This document shows, in pieces, positions 22,533 through 33,365 of a DNA stretch of 64,000 nucleotides (position 1 is its first letter; each line of letters starts with the position of its first letter). Source of the DNA: an uncultured Pseudomonadota bacterium (GTDB lineage Bacteria; Pseudomonadota; Alphaproteobacteria; JACZXZ01). The stretch is taken from contig CAVVLJ010000023.1 in NCBI GenBank assembly GCA_963749075.1, positions 1 through 64,000 of the forward strand, in the 5' to 3' direction. The notes under the pieces were generated by a model. The model did no database searches. It saw only the letters and a list, made by a program, of their open reading frames with translations, and was not told the DNA's origin. Made by a program: the position numbers and the translations under genes.

Positions 22533-22748
22533 ATGGCGGACGCCCAGGAGCTGCGGCTCAAGACCACCGACGAGCTCGAGGCCGAGCTCCTCGGCTTGCG
22601 CAAGGAGGCCTTCAACCTGCGCTTCCAGAAGGCGAGCGGCCAGCTGGAGAACACCGCGCAGGTGCGCCGCGTGCGGCGCAGCATCGCACGCATCAAGACG
22701 GTCCTCGGCGAGCGCCTGGCTGCTGCCGAGCGCAAGAAGGCCTCGTAG
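22533..22748 (+). CDS. rpmC: 50S ribosomal protein L29
   Basis: [20 protein letters not shown]. Confidence 0.97.
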   Translation: MADAQELRLKTTDELEAELLGLRKEAFNLRFQKASGQLENTAQVRRVRRSIARIKTVLGERLAAAERKKAS

Positions 22749-22757
22749 GAGAACGCG

Positions 22758-23009
22758 ATGGCAAAGCGAGTGGTAGAGGGCGTCGTGGTGAGCGACAAGG
22801 CGGACAAGACGATCGTCGTGCGCGTCGACCGCCGGGTGCAGCACCCGATGTACAAGAAGTACATCGTGCGCTCGAAGAAGTTCATGGCCCACGACGAGAC
22901 CAACCGCTTCAAGGTGGGCGACGTGGTGCGCATCCGCGAGTGCCGCCCGCTCTCCCGGCGCAAGCGCTGGGAAGTGGTGACGGACGAGCAGCCGCAGCCG
23001 GCGCCATAG
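22758..23009 (+). CDS. rpsQ: 30S ribosomal protein S17
   Basis: [22 protein letters not shown]. Confidence 0.98.
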   Translation: MAKRVVEGVVVSDKADKTIVVRVDRRVQHPMYKKYIVRSKKFMAHDETNRFKVGDVVRIRECRPLSRRKRWEVVTDEQPQPAP

Positions 23010-23043
23010 CCGGCGGCCGGGAAGAGAGAAGGGGCGTAAGACC

Positions 23044-23412
23044 ATGATTCAGATGCAGACGAACCTGGAGGTCGCCGACAATTCGGGCGCGCGCCGGGTG
23101 CAGTGCATCAAGGTGCTGGGCGGCTCCAAGCGCAAGTTCGCCTCGGTCGGCGACGTGATCGTCGTCTCGGTCAAGGACGCCATCCCGCGCGGCCGCGTCA
23201 AGAAGGGCGACGTGCACCGCGCCGTGATCGTGCGCACGGCCAAGGAGATCCGCCGCGTGGACGGCAGCGCCATCCGCTTCGACCGCAACGCGGCTGTGCT
23301 CATCACGCCCCAGGGCGAGCCCATCGGCACGCGCATCTTCGGACCCGTGACGCGCGAGCTGCGCGCCAAGAAGTTCATGAAGATCATCTCCTTGGCGCCT
23401 GAGGTGCTGTGA
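23044..23412 (+). CDS. rplN: 50S ribosomal protein L14
   Basis: [23 protein letters not shown]. Confidence 0.99.
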   Translation: MIQMQTNLEVADNSGARRVQCIKVLGGSKRKFASVGDVIVVSVKDAIPRGRVKKGDVHRAVIVRTAKEIRRVDGSAIRFDRNAAVLITPQGEPIGTRIFGPVTRELRAKKFMKIISLAPEVL

Positions 23413-23729
23413 TGGCGTGGAAAGTGAAGAAGGGCGACCAGGTGGTGGTGCTCACCGGTCGCGACAAAGGCAAGCGCGGCGAGGTGCTCAAGGTGCTGCG
23501 CGAGGATGCGCGCGTCCTCGTCCAGGGCATCAACGTGATGAAGCGCCACACCCGCCCGTCGCCCAAGACGAGCGGCGGCATCGTCGAGCAGGAGGCGCCC
23601 ATCCACGTCTCCAACGTGGCGCACCTCGACCCCAAGGACCAGAAGCCGACGCGCGTCGGCTTCAAGTTCCTCGAGGACGGCCGCAAGGTGCGCTATGCCA
23701 AGCGCTCCGGCGAGATCATCGACAGATAG
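23412..23729 (+). CDS. rplX: 50S ribosomal protein L24
   Basis: [25 protein letters not shown]. Confidence 0.98.
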   Translation: MAWKVKKGDQVVVLTGRDKGKRGEVLKVLREDARVLVQGINVMKRHTRPSPKTSGGIVEQEAPIHVSNVAHLDPKDQKPTRVGFKFLEDGRKVRYAKRSGEIIDR

Positions 23730-23738
23730 GCGGACGTC

Positions 23739-24281
23739 ATGGCTGCGAGATTGCGCGAGCATTACGAGACCGTGGTCAAGCCGGAGCTGATGAAGCAGTT
23801 CAGCTACCGCAACCCCATGGAAGTGCCGAAGCTCGAGAAGATCGTCATCAACATGGGCGTCGGCGAGGCGATCGGCGACAGCAAGCGCATCACGGTCGCC
23901 GCCGAGGAGCTGGCGCGCATCTCGGGCCAGCGCCCGCTGGTCACCGCGGCGCGCAAGTCGATCGCCAACTTCAAGCTGCGCGAGGGCCAGAAGATCGGCT
24001 GCAAGGTGACGCTGAGGAGCGAGCGCATGTACGAGTTCCTCGACCGGCTGGTGACGATCGCGCTGCCGCGCGTGCGCGACTTCCGCGGCCTCTCGGACAA
24101 GAGCTTCGACGGGCGCGGCAACTACACCTTCGGGCTCAAGGAGCAGATCGTGTTCCCCGAGATCGACTACGACAAGATCGACCAGATCCGGGGCATGGAC
24201 ATCACCATCGTGACGACGGCCAAGACGAACCAGGAGGCGCTCGCGCTTCTCAAGGGGTTCGCCATGCCGTTCGGCGGCTGA
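23739..24281 (+). CDS. rplE: 50S ribosomal protein L5
   Basis: [25 protein letters not shown]. Confidence 0.99.
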   Translation: MAARLREHYETVVKPELMKQFSYRNPMEVPKLEKIVINMGVGEAIGDSKRITVAAEELARISGQRPLVTAARKSIANFKLREGQKIGCKVTLRSERMYEFLDRLVTIALPRVRDFRGLSDKSFDGRGNYTFGLKEQIVFPEIDYDKIDQIRGMDITIVTTAKTNQEALALLKGFAMPFGG

Positions 24282-24301
24282 ACCTCGACGGAGGTCTGAG
24301 C

Positions 24302-24607
24302 ATGGCGAAGAAGAGTTCGATCGAGAAGAACAAGCGGCGGGAGCGGCTGGTCAAGCAGTACGCGGCGCGGCGCGCGCGCCTCAAGGAGACCGCCAACGAC
24401 GAGCAGAGGCCGGCGGAGGAGCGTTTCGCCGCTCGCCTCAAGCTCGCCGAGCTGCCGCGCAACAGCGCGCCGGTGCGCGTGCGCAACCGCTGCGCCTTCT
24501 CCGGCCGCGCGCGCGCCTACTATCGCAAGTTCAAGCTCTCGCGCATAGCACTCCGCGACTTGGCCGCGTCCGGGCAGATCCCGGGCATGGTCAAGTCGAG
24601 CTGGTAG
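24302..24607 (+). CDS. rpsN: 30S ribosomal protein S14 (long, zinc-independent type)
   Basis: [25 protein letters not shown], 101 aa. Confidence 0.98.
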   Translation: MAKKSSIEKNKRRERLVKQYAARRARLKETANDEQRPAEERFAARLKLAELPRNSAPVRVRNRCAFSGRARAYYRKFKLSRIALRDLAASGQIPGMVKSSW

Positions 24608-24620
24608 AGGAGAGCGGTTG

Positions 24621-25019
24621 ATGTCCTATAGCGATCCCCTTGGCGATCTCTTGAGCCGCATCCGCAACGGCCAGCGCGCGAAGAAGCCGACGGTGTCGAG
24701 CCCGCATTCGCGCCTGAGGATGAACGTGCTCGACGTGCTGAAGCGCGAGGGCTACATCCGAGGCTACGCGGAGCACGAGGAGCGGCCGGGCATCGTGGCG
24801 CTGGAGATCGAGCTCAAATATCACGAGGGCGAGCCGGTCATCCGCGAGATCGAGCGCGTCTCCAAGCCGGGCCGCCGCGTCTATTCCAAGATCAAGGATC
24901 TGCCGCGCGTGCACGGCGGCCTCGGCATCGCCATCCTCTCGACGCCGCGCGGCGTGATGTCGGATTCGGACGCGCGCGCCGCCAATGTCGGCGGCGAAGT
25001 GCTCTGCCAGGTCTTTTAG
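24621..25019 (+). CDS. rpsH: 30S ribosomal protein S8
   Basis: [27 protein letters not shown]. Confidence 0.98.
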   Translation: MSYSDPLGDLLSRIRNGQRAKKPTVSSPHSRLRMNVLDVLKREGYIRGYAEHEERPGIVALEIELKYHEGEPVIREIERVSKPGRRVYSKIKDLPRVHGGLGIAILSTPRGVMSDSDARAANVGGEVLCQVF

Positions 25020-25027
25020 GTGCCATG

Positions 25028-25561
25028 ATGTCGCGCGTCGGAAAATATCCCGTGGCGGTGCCGAGCGGCGTCAACGTCGAGATCGCCGGTGCCGTCGTGA
25101 CGGCCAAGGGCAAGCTCGGGCAGCTGAGCCTCGCCATCCCCGACGAGGTGGAGGCGCGGCTCGAGGCGGGCAAGGTGTGGGTCAAGACGCGCGCCGAGGG
25201 CAAGCGCGCGCGCATGATGTGGGGCACCACCCGCAGCCTGATCAACAACATGATCGCCGGCGTCTCCAAGGGCTTCACGGTCAACCTCGAGATCCAGGGC
25301 GTGGGCTACCGCGCCGCCGTGCAGGGCAAGAACCTGCAGCTCCAGCTCGGCTACAGCCATGACGTGGTGTTCCCCATCCCCGACGGCATCGCCATCAAGT
25401 GCGAGCGGCCGACCCTGATCTCGATCAGCGGCAGCGACCGCCAGCGCGTCGGCCAGGTGGCGGCGGAGATCCGCGCCAAGCGCGGCCCCGAGCCCTACAA
25501 GGGCAAGGGCATCCGCTACGAGGGCGAGCAGGTAAGGCGCAAGGAAGGCAAGAAGAAGTAG
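25028..25561 (+). CDS. rplF: 50S ribosomal protein L6
   Basis: [23 protein letters not shown]. Confidence 0.98.
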   Translation: MSRVGKYPVAVPSGVNVEIAGAVVTAKGKLGQLSLAIPDEVEARLEAGKVWVKTRAEGKRARMMWGTTRSLINNMIAGVSKGFTVNLEIQGVGYRAAVQGKNLQLQLGYSHDVVFPIPDGIAIKCERPTLISISGSDRQRVGQVAAEIRAKRGPEPYKGKGIRYEGEQVRRKEGKKK

Positions 25562-25570
25562 GGACGTGCC

Positions 25571-25933
25571 ATGAAACCCGTCACGGATCGCTCGGGACGC
25601 CGCACGCGGCGCGTCCGCATCCGCCTCGCGCGCAAGGCGGGCGGGCGCGTGCGCTTGTGCGTGCACCGCTCGAGCAAGAACATCTACGCCCAGGTGATCG
25701 ACGACGCCAAGGGCGTTACGCTCGCCCACGCCTCGAGCCTCGACAAGGACTTGAAGGAGCAGCTCAAGAAGGGCTCCGACGTGGACGCGGCCAAGGCGGT
25801 CGGCAAGCTGATCGCCGAGAGGGCACTCGCCCGCGGCGTGAAGCAGGTCGTCTTCGACCGCGGCGGCTATCTCTATCACGGCCGGGTGAAGGCGCTCGCC
25901 GATGCGGCCCGCGAGGGCGGGCTGGCGTTTTAG
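25571..25933 (+). CDS. rplR: 50S ribosomal protein L18
   Basis: [27 protein letters not shown]. Confidence 0.98.
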   Translation: MKPVTDRSGRRTRRVRIRLARKAGGRVRLCVHRSSKNIYAQVIDDAKGVTLAHASSLDKDLKEQLKKGSDVDAAKAVGKLIAERALARGVKQVVFDRGGYLYHGRVKALADAAREGGLAF

Positions 25934-25947
25934 GGGCAAGGGAAACG

Positions 25948-26529
25948 ATGGCAAGGAATGTCGGTCAGCGCGAATCGCGCGAGGACAGCGAGCTCGTCGA
26001 GAAGCTCGTCAGCATCAACCGCGTCGCCAAGGTGGTGAAGGGCGGCCGGCGCTTCGGCTTCGCCGCGGTGGTGGTGGTCGGCGACGGCAAGGGCCGCGTC
26101 GGCCATGGCGCCGGCAAGGCGCGCGAGGTGCCGGAGGCGATCCGCAAGGCGACCGAGCAGGCCAAGCGCTCGCTCGTACGCGTTCCCTTGCGCGAGGGCC
26201 GCACCCTCCACCACGACGTGATGGGGCGCTACGGCGCCGGACGCGTGGTGGTGCGCTCGGCCGTTCCCGGCACCGGCATCATCGCGGGCGGCCCCATGCG
26301 GGCCATCTTCGAGTGCCTGGGCGTGCAGGACGTTGTCGCCAAGTCGATCGGCTCGACCAACCCGCACAACATGATCAAGGCGACCTTCGACGCGCTCGGC
26401 AGCATCATGGCGCCCCGCTTCGTCGCCGCCAAGCGCGGCAAGAAGGTGAGCGAGATCATCGGCCGGCGCGCAGGTGCGCCCGAGCCGGCGGCGGCCCCAG
26501 GGGCGGCACCAGGGGCGGTGAAGGAGTAG
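25948..26529 (+). CDS. rpsE: 30S ribosomal protein S5
   Basis: [22 protein letters not shown]. Confidence 0.98.
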   Translation: MARNVGQRESREDSELVEKLVSINRVAKVVKGGRRFGFAAVVVVGDGKGRVGHGAGKAREVPEAIRKATEQAKRSLVRVPLREGRTLHHDVMGRYGAGRVVVRSAVPGTGIIAGGPMRAIFECLGVQDVVAKSIGSTNPHNMIKATFDALGSIMAPRFVAAKRGKKVSEIIGRRAGAPEPAAAPGAAPGAVKE

Positions 26530-26532
26530 GCG

Positions 26533-26733
26533 ATGACCGGAACGAAGAAGACCGTCACCGTGACGCAGGTCAGGAGCCCGATCGGCCGCCAGGACTATCA
26601 GCGCGCGACGCTCATCGGCCTCGGCCTCAACAAGATGCACCGCACGGCCGTGCTCGAGGACACCGCCTCGGTGCGCGGCATGATCAAGCGGGTGCGCCAC
26701 CTCCTCAAGGTCGGCGGCGAGGAGCGCGCGTAA
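26533..26733 (+). CDS. rpmD: 50S ribosomal protein L30
   Basis: [22 protein letters not shown]. Confidence 0.96.
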   Translation: MTGTKKTVTVTQVRSPIGRQDYQRATLIGLGLNKMHRTAVLEDTASVRGMIKRVRHLLKVGGEERA

Positions 26734-26756
26734 GCGCCAAGGATCGGAACAGGACC

Positions 26757-27263
26757 ATGAAGCTGAACGAGCTCTCCGACAATCCGGGCGCGCACAAGAT
26801 GAGCAAGCGCGTGGGGCGCGGCATCGGCTCCGGCAAGGGCAAGACCGCGGCGCGCGGCGGCAAGGGCCAGACCGCGCGGAGCGGCGTCTCGCTCCTGGGC
26901 TTCGAGGGCGGCCAGATGCCGCTCCACCGGCGCCTGCCCAAGCGCGGCTTCAAGAAGCCCTTCCGCAAGCGCTACAGCATCGTCAACCTCGGGCGGCTGC
27001 AGCAGGCGATCGAGGCCGGCAAGCTCGATGCCGCGAAGCCGCTCGATCCCGCGGCACTGGCAGCCGCGGGCGTCATCGGGTCGCCGCGCGACGGCGTGCG
27101 GCTCCTTGCAAAGGGCGAGCTCAAGGCCAAGATAACCATCGAGGTCGCCGGCGCCTCCAAGAGCGCCATCGCGGCGGTGGAGAAGGCCGGCGGCAAGGTG
27201 GTCGTCACGGCACCACCGGCGGCGGCCGGGGCGGCCGAGAGCGCCCCCGCAGCCAAGGCCTAG
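26757..27263 (+). CDS. rplO: 50S ribosomal protein L15
   Basis: [30 protein letters not shown]. Confidence 0.98.
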   Translation: MKLNELSDNPGAHKMSKRVGRGIGSGKGKTAARGGKGQTARSGVSLLGFEGGQMPLHRRLPKRGFKKPFRKRYSIVNLGRLQQAIEAGKLDAAKPLDPAALAAAGVIGSPRDGVRLLAKGELKAKITIEVAGASKSAIAAVEKAGGKVVVTAPPAAAGAAESAPAAKA

Positions 27264-27290
27264 GTCCCACCCGTCCATCGGGAGTCCGCT

Positions 27291-28634
27291 ATGGCGTCTG
27301 CCGCCGAACAGCTTGCCGCGAACATCAACCTCGGCGCCTTCGCCAAGGCGACCGAGCTCAAGAGACGCATCTGGTTCACGCTCGGCGCGCTCATCGTCTT
27401 CCGGCTCGGCACCTACATCCCGGTGCCGGGGATCGATCCGGCGGCGCTCAGCGACGTGTTCAACGCCAACTCGCACGGCCTGCTGGGCATGTTCGACATG
27501 TTCTCGGGCGGCGCCTTGAGCCGCATGAGCATGTTCGCGCTCAACGTGATGCCCTACATCTCGGCCTCCATCATCATGCAGCTCCTGACCGCCATCTCGC
27601 CGACCATCGAGGCGCTCAAGAAGGAGGGCGAGCAGGGGCGCAAGAAGATCAACCAGTATTCGCGCTACGGCACCGTGGTCCTCGCCGCCTTCCAGGCCTA
27701 CGGGCTCTCGATCGGGCTCGAGGGCATGACGAGCAGCCACGGGCCGGCGGTGCTCGATCCCGGCTTCTTCTTCCGCATGACGACGGTGCTCTCGCTCACC
27801 GGCGGCACCCTCTTCCTCATGTGGCTCGGCGAGCAGGTGACGGCGCGCGGGGTGGGCAACGGCGTCTCCCTCATCATCTTCGCGGGCATCGTGGCGCGCC
27901 TCCCCCCGGCCATCGCCAATACCCTCGAGCTCGGCCGCACGGGTGCCATCTCGAGCTTCGTCATCGTCATGCTCATCGTCATGGCGGTGGCGGTGATCGC
28001 CGCCATCGTCTTCATGGAGCGCGCCCAGCGGCGCATCGTCGTGCAGTACCCCAAGCGCCAGATGGGGAGCCGCGTCTTCGGCGGCGAGAGCTCGCACCTG
28101 CCGCTCAAGCTCAACGCGTCGGGCGTCATCCCGCCGATCTTCGCGAGCTCGCTCCTGCTCCTCCCGGTGACGATCACCGGCTTCTCGGGCGCCCAGGGGC
28201 CGGAATGGCTCGCCGACATCACGGCCTATCTCGGCCACGGCCGGCCGCTCTACATGATCGGCTACGTCGGCCTCATCGTCTTCTTCTGCTTCTTCTATTC
28301 CTCGATCGTGTTCAACCCGAACGACACTGCCGACAACCTCAAGAAGTACGGCGGCTTCGTGCCCGGCATCCGCCCCGGCAAGAACACCGCCGATTACCTG
28401 AGCTACATCCTGACGCGGCTCACCGTGATCGGCGCCGGCTATCTCTCGATCATCTGCGTGCTGCCCGAGTTCCTCATCTCGCAATATTCGGTGCCCTTCT
28501 ACTTCGGCGGCACCAGCCTCTTGATCGCGGTCTCCGTGACCATGGACACGGTGGCCCAGATCCAGGCGCATCTCTTGGCCCACCAGTACGAGGGCCTGAT
28601 CAAGAAGTCGAAACTGCGCGGACGGCGCGGATGA
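27291..28634 (+). CDS. secY: Preprotein translocase subunit SecY
   Basis: Ten-TM pattern, PYISASII, IRPGKNT, FGGTSLLI. Confidence 0.99.
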   Translation: MASAAEQLAANINLGAFAKATELKRRIWFTLGALIVFRLGTYIPVPGIDPAALSDVFNANSHGLLGMFDMFSGGALSRMSMFALNVMPYISASIIMQLLTAISPTIEALKKEGEQGRKKINQYSRYGTVVLAAFQAYGLSIGLEGMTSSHGPAVLDPGFFFRMTTVLSLTGGTLFLMWLGEQVTARGVGNGVSLIIFAGIVARLPPAIANTLELGRTGAISSFVIVMLIVMAVAVIAAIVFMERAQRRIVVQYPKRQMGSRVFGGESSHLPLKLNASGVIPPIFASSLLLLPVTITGFSGAQGPEWLADITAYLGHGRPLYMIGYVGLIVFFCFFYSSIVFNPNDTADNLKKYGGFVPGIRPGKNTADYLSYILTRLTVIGAGYLSIICVLPEFLISQYSVPFYFGGTSLLIAVSVTMDTVAQIQAHLLAHQYEGLIKKSKLRGRRG

Positions 28635-29281
28635 ATCTGCTGCTCTTGGGCGCTCCCGGCTCGGGCAAGGGCACGCAGGCTAAGCGGCTCGAGGAGAAGT
28701 ATCGACTCGTCCAGCTCTCGAGCGGCGACATGTTGCGCGCCGCCGTGAAGGCGGGGAGCGAGATCGGCCGCAAGGCCAAGGCGATCATGGAGCGGGGCGA
28801 GCTGGTGCCCGACGAGGTGGTGATCGCCATCATCGCCGAGCGCATCGCACAGCCCGACTGCAAGAAGGGCTTCGTCCTCGACGGCTTTCCGCGCACCACG
28901 GCGCAGGCCGAGGCGCTCGACCGCATGCTCGCGGAGAAGCGCCTCACCCTCGATCACGTGATCGAGCTCAAGGTCGACGAGGCGGCGATCACGCGGCGCA
29001 TCGTCGGGCGCTACAGCTGCGCCGTCTGCGGCTCCGGCTACCACGACGAGTTCCACAAGCCGGAGGTGGCCGGCGTGTGCGACGTGTGCGGCGGCAAGAG
29101 CTTCACCCGCCGCGCCGACGACAATGCGGAGACGGTCGCCTCGCGCCTCGCCGCCTATCGCGCGAGCACGGCGCCCATCCTCCCCTATTACGACAAGCGC
29201 GGCGTGCTCAAGCGGGTCGACGGCATGGCGCCCATCGACGAGGTGAGCCGCGCCATCGAGGCGATCCTGAATGGCGGATAA
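28631..29281 (+). CDS. adk: Adenylate kinase (zinc-lid type)
   Basis: GAPGSGKGTQA, LDGFPRT, lid CAVC...CDVC. Confidence 0.98.
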   Translation: MNLLLLGAPGSGKGTQAKRLEEKYRLVQLSSGDMLRAAVKAGSEIGRKAKAIMERGELVPDEVVIAIIAERIAQPDCKKGFVLDGFPRTTAQAEALDRMLAEKRLTLDHVIELKVDEAAITRRIVGRYSCAVCGSGYHDEFHKPEVAGVCDVCGGKSFTRRADDNAETVASRLAAYRASTAPILPYYDKRGVLKRVDGMAPIDEVSRAIEAILNGG

Positions 29282-29285
29282 GCTG

Positions 29286-29313
29286 TTGACTTACGCCGGT
29301 TTGGACCTATAAT
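29286..29313 (+). promoter_or_regulatory. sigma70 promoter of the alpha operon
   Basis: TTGACT-N16-TATAAT upstream of rpsM. Confidence 0.75.
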
Positions 29314-29386
29314 CCGGCTGCCCTTCCGGCTACTCTGCCGGTGGGGCGTTTCGTCGTGGCCGAAGCGGCCTTGGGGAGAGTGGAAC

Positions 29387-29761
29387 GTGGCGCGAATTGC
29401 CGGCGTGAATATCCCGACCCAGAAGCGGGTCCAGGTGGCTCTCACCTACATCTACGGCATCGGAGCGACCAAGGCGGGGGAGATCTGCGCCAAGGTCGGC
29501 ATCCCGAGCGAGCGCCGCGTGAGCGAGCTGACCGAGCAGGAGGTCATCCGCATCCGCGAGGTCATCGACCGCGAATACCAGGTCGAGGGCGACCTCAGGC
29601 GCGAGACGGCGATGAACATCAAGCGCCTGCTCGACCTCGGCTGCTACCGCGGGCTCAGGCATCGCAAGGGCCTTCCGGTGCGCGGCCAGCGCACCCACAC
29701 CAACGCGCGCACCCGCAAGGGCAAGGCGCGTCCCATCGCCGGCAAGAAGAAGGCCGTGTGA
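29387..29761 (+). CDS. rpsM: 30S ribosomal protein S13
   Basis: [24 protein letters not shown]. Confidence 0.99.
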   Translation: MARIAGVNIPTQKRVQVALTYIYGIGATKAGEICAKVGIPSERRVSELTEQEVIRIREVIDREYQVEGDLRRETAMNIKRLLDLGCYRGLRHRKGLPVRGQRTHTNARTRKGKARPIAGKKKAV

Positions 29762-29790
29762 GTTCAGGCGCGTAAGGATCAGGACGGATC

Positions 29791-30180
29791 ATGGCCAAGA
29801 CAGCAGCCCCGCGGCGACGCCGCGAGCGGAAGAACATTACCTCGGGCGTCGCCCATGTGAACGCGACGTTCAACAATACCGTGGTCACCATCACCGACGC
29901 CCAGGGCAACGCCATCGCCTGGTCGTCCTCGGGCTCGCAGGGTTTCAAGGGCTCGCGCAAATCGACCCCCTACGCCGCCCAGATGGCGGCCGAGGATGCC
30001 GGGCGCAAGGCGATGGAGCACGGCATGAAGACGCTCGAGGTCGAGGTGCGCGGGCCGGGTGCGGGACGCGAGTCGGCGCTCCGCGCGCTGCAGAACGTCG
30101 GCTTCAACATCACGGCCATCCGCGACGTGACGCCGATCCCCCACAACGGCTGCCGCCCGCCCAAGCGCCGCCGGGTGTGA
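29791..30180 (+). CDS. rpsK: 30S ribosomal protein S11
   Basis: [28 protein letters not shown]. Confidence 0.99.
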   Translation: MAKTAAPRRRRERKNITSGVAHVNATFNNTVVTITDAQGNAIAWSSSGSQGFKGSRKSTPYAAQMAAEDAGRKAMEHGMKTLEVEVRGPGAGRESALRALQNVGFNITAIRDVTPIPHNGCRPPKRRRV

Positions 30181-30297
30181 CGAGTGTGCCGCCGGCAGCG
30201 CGCCGGCAGCGAACGGCCGGCGCGCTGCGTCCGGGCGGCCGGGGCGAGAGAACGAAATGCGGACAAGGGTCCGCGCTCCAACCGAGAGGTTGCTTCC

Positions 30298-31314
30298 GTG
30301 ATTCAGAAAAATTGGACCGAATTGATTAAGCCCTCCAAGCTCGAGATCCAGGCCGGCACGCGCGCCGACCGCTCGGCCACCGTGGTGGCCGAGCCGCTCG
30401 AGCGCGGCTTCGGCCTGACGCTCGGCAACGCGCTCCGCCGCGTGCTGCTCTCCTCGCTCCAGGGGGCGGCCGTGACCTCGATCCAGATCGAGGGCGTGCT
30501 GCACGAGTTCTCCTCGCTGCCCGGCGTCCTCGAGGACGTGACCGACATCGTCCTCAACATCAAGTCGATGGCGCTCACGATGCACGGCGAGGGGCCGAAG
30601 AAGATCCACCTGCGCGCGAGCGGCCCCGGCGAGGTCACCGCCGGCCAGGTCGAGACCGGCCACGACATCGAGGTGCTCGACCGCGACCACGTGATCTGCA
30701 CCCTCGACCAGGGCGCCAAGATCTCGATGGAGATGACGGTCGAGAGCGGCAAGGGCTACGTCGCGGCAGGCACGAACCGCGCCGCCGACGCGCCCATCGG
30801 GCTCATCCCGGTCGATGCCATCTTCAGCCCCGTGCGCCGCGTCTCCTACAAGGTCGAGAACACCCGCGTGGGCCAGGTGACGGACTACGACAAGCTCTCG
30901 ATGACGGTCGAGACCAACGGCGCCGTCAAGCCCGAGGACGCCGTGGCGCTCGCCGCTCGCATCCTCCAGGAGCAGCTCAAGCTCTTCATCAACTTCGAGG
31001 AGCCGGTGAGTGCGCGCGAGGAGGAGCGGCCGGCCGAGCTCCCCTTCAACAAGAACCTCTTGCGCAAGGTCGACGAGCTCGAGCTCTCGGTGCGCTCGGC
31101 CAACTGCCTCAAGAACGACAACATCATCTACATCGGCGACCTCGTGCAGAAGACCGAGGCCGAGATGCTGCGCACGCCCAACTTCGGCCGCAAGTCGCTC
31201 AACGAGATCAAGGAGGTGCTCTCCCAGATGGGGCTCCATCTCGGCATGGAGATCCCGGGCTGGCCGCCGGAGAACATCGAGGATCTGGCCAAGCGGCTCG
31301 AGGAGCCGTACTGA
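30298..31314 (+). CDS. rpoA: RNA polymerase alpha subunit
   Basis: [43 protein letters not shown]. Confidence 0.99.
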   Translation: MIQKNWTELIKPSKLEIQAGTRADRSATVVAEPLERGFGLTLGNALRRVLLSSLQGAAVTSIQIEGVLHEFSSLPGVLEDVTDIVLNIKSMALTMHGEGPKKIHLRASGPGEVTAGQVETGHDIEVLDRDHVICTLDQGAKISMEMTVESGKGYVAAGTNRAADAPIGLIPVDAIFSPVRRVSYKVENTRVGQVTDYDKLSMTVETNGAVKPEDAVALAARILQEQLKLFINFEEPVSAREEERPAELPFNKNLLRKVDELELSVRSANCLKNDNIIYIGDLVQKTEAEMLRTPNFGRKSLNEIKEVLSQMGLHLGMEIPGWPPENIEDLAKRLEEPY

Positions 31315-31341
31315 GCGCCGGACTGAGGGAGGACGCGAGCG

Positions 31342-31767
31342 ATGCGCCATCGTCGGAGCGGGCGGAAGCTCAACCGCACCACCAGCCACCGCAAGGCGAT
31401 GTTCGCCAACATGGCGGCGGCCCTCATCAAGCACGAGCAGATCACCACCACGCTGCCCAAGGCCAAGGACCTGCGGCCGGTGGTCGAGAAGCTCATCACG
31501 CTCGGCAAGCGCGGCGGCCTCCACGCGCGGCGCCAGCTCCTCGCCGTGCTCCATGACCGCACGCTCGCCGAGAAGCTCATGACGGCACTCGCCGAGCGCT
31601 ACAAGAGCCGCCCCGGCGGCTACACGCGGGTGCTGCGCGCGGGCTTCCGCTATGGCGACGCGGCGGCCATGGCGATCATCGAGCTCGTCGACCGCGACAA
31701 GGACGCCAAGGGCCAGGACTCCGGCCCCAAGCCCGAGGCCGCCGAGGGCGAGGCCAAGGCCGCCTGA
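31342..31767 (+). CDS. rplQ: 50S ribosomal protein L17
   Basis: [20 protein letters not shown]. Confidence 0.99.
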   Translation: MRHRRSGRKLNRTTSHRKAMFANMAAALIKHEQITTTLPKAKDLRPVVEKLITLGKRGGLHARRQLLAVLHDRTLAEKLMTALAERYKSRPGGYTRVLRAGFRYGDAAAMAIIELVDRDKDAKGQDSGPKPEAAEGEAKAA

Positions 31768-31823
31768 GCGGGGGGCTCGGCAACGTACGCCGAGCTCCAC
31801 GGATCCGCCTTCCACCCTGATCT

Positions 31824-31849
31824 CCCTCTCCTCCTGAAGGAGGAGAGGG
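31824..31849. repeat. CCCTCTCCTCC-TGAA-GGAGGAGAGGG hairpin (REP-like or terminator)
   Basis: Perfect 11-bp stem after rplQ. Confidence 0.55.
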
Positions 31850-31931
31850 CGCGCTCGGCAGGCTGCCCCCAGGGCTGCGAAGTTGCTAAATTGGCGTGGC
31901 AGGCGCTGGGCGTGACGGAAAGCGGATTGCC

Positions 31932-33365
31932 ATGGCATCGAGCGATATTTGGCATCAGAGAAGGGCGGGGCTCTTCCTACTTGCGCTCGCCGCCGCGGGC
32001 TTCGTCCTTGGCGGCGCGGCCGAGGCTGCGGGCAAGATAGCCCCCGAGAGCCGCCAGCAGATTACCTACAGCTTTGCGCCCGTGGTGAAGAAGGCAGCGC
32101 CCGCGGTCGTCAATATCTACACGCGCACCGTGGTCGAGCAGCAGCCGAGCTCGCCCCTCTTCGCCGACCCCTTCTTCCGCCGCTTCTTCGGCCAGGGCCT
32201 GGGCGCCCCCGAGCGGCACGTGCAGAACGCCCTCGGCTCCGGCGTGATCGTAGCACCCGAGGGCATCATCGTGACCAACCAGCATGTGGTCAAAGACGCC
32301 CAGGAGATCACCGTGGTGCTCTCCGACCGCCGCGAGTTCGCGGCCAAGCTGATCGGCTCGGACGAGCGCGCGGACGTGGCCGTGCTCAAGATCGACACCC
32401 ACGGCGAGCCGCTGCCGGCGCTCGAGTTCGGCGATTCGGATGCCGTCGAGGTGGGCGATCTCGTGCTCGCCATCGGCGACCCGTTCGGCGTCGGGCAGAC
32501 GGTGACGAGCGGCATCATCTCGGCGCTGGCGCGCACCACCGCCGGCATCAACGACTTCAACTTCTTCATCCAGACCGACGCGGCGATCAATCCCGGCAAC
32601 TCGGGCGGCGCACTCGTCACCATGGACGGCAAGCTGATCGGCGTGAACACGGCGATCTTCTCCGGCTCGGGCGGCTCGATCGGCATCGGCTTCGCCATTC
32701 CCTCCAACATGGTGCGCTCGGTGGTGCGCAGCATCCGCGAGGGCGGCAAGCTGGTGCGGCCGTGGTTCGGTGCGGAGGGCGAGACCGTCACCTCCGACTT
32801 GGCCGGCACGCTCGGGCTCTCGCGCCCTGCGGGCGTGCTCATCAACGACATCTTCAAGGGCGGACCGGCGGCCGCGGCCGGCCTCAAGCCCGGCGACGTC
32901 ATCCTCAAGATCGATGGCCGAGCGGTCGAGGACGCGGACGCGCTGCGCTACCGCATCGCCACCAAGCCGGTCAACACCAGGGCCGAGCTCACCGTCTACC
33001 GCCACGGCCGGCAGCTCGATGTGGCGATCGCCCTCGCCGCACCGCCCGAGACGCCGCCGCGCGATGCATCGCTGCTCGCCGGCCATTCGCCGCTTGCCGG
33101 CGCCACGGTCGAGAACCTCTCGCCCGCCGTCGCCGACGAGCTCGGCATCGACGCCTTCCTCCACGGCGTCGTGGTGAGCCATGTCGCGGCCGGCACGCCG
33201 GCGGCCAACCTCGGCGTCAAGCCGGGCGACGTCATCCTGCGCGTCAACGGCGCCGAAATGCGCCTCGTCGGCGATCTCAAGGCCGCCGTCGCCGCCTCCG
33301 CGAGCAGCTGGCGGCTCACGCTCCGCCGCGGCGAGCGCGTGCTCAACGTGGTGGTCGACAGTTGA
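31932..33365 (+). CDS. DegP/DegQ (Do-family) periplasmic serine endoprotease with two PDZ domains
   Basis: Signal peptide; TNQHVV, DVAVLKI, INPGNSGG catalytic triad; two PDZ repeats. Confidence 0.95.
   Translation: MASSDIWHQRRAGLFLLALAAAGFVLGGAAEAAGKIAPESRQQITYSFAPVVKKAAPAVVNIYTRTVVEQQPSSPLFADPFFRRFFGQGLGAPERHVQNALGSGVIVAPEGIIVTNQHVVKDAQEITVVLSDRREFAAKLIGSDERADVAVLKIDTHGEPLPALEFGDSDAVEVGDLVLAIGDPFGVGQTVTSGIISALARTTAGINDFNFFIQTDAAINPGNSGGALVTMDGKLIGVNTAIFSGSGGSIGIGFAIPSNMVRSVVRSIREGGKLVRPWFGAEGETVTSDLAGTLGLSRPAGVLINDIFKGGPAAAAGLKPGDVILKIDGRAVEDADALRYRIATKPVNTRAELTVYRHGRQLDVAIALAAPPETPPRDASLLAGHSPLAGATVENLSPAVADELGIDAFLHGVVVSHVAAGTPAANLGVKPGDVILRVNGAEMRLVGDLKAAVAASASSWRLTLRRGERVLNVVVDS

Noticed and set aside
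28990-29100. Zinc-finger lid in adenylate kinase
   Set aside because: A known variant of long-form Adk; not novel.
28631-31767. No rpsD, rpmJ, infA or map in the spc/alpha operons
   Set aside because: This is the normal alphaproteobacterial arrangement.
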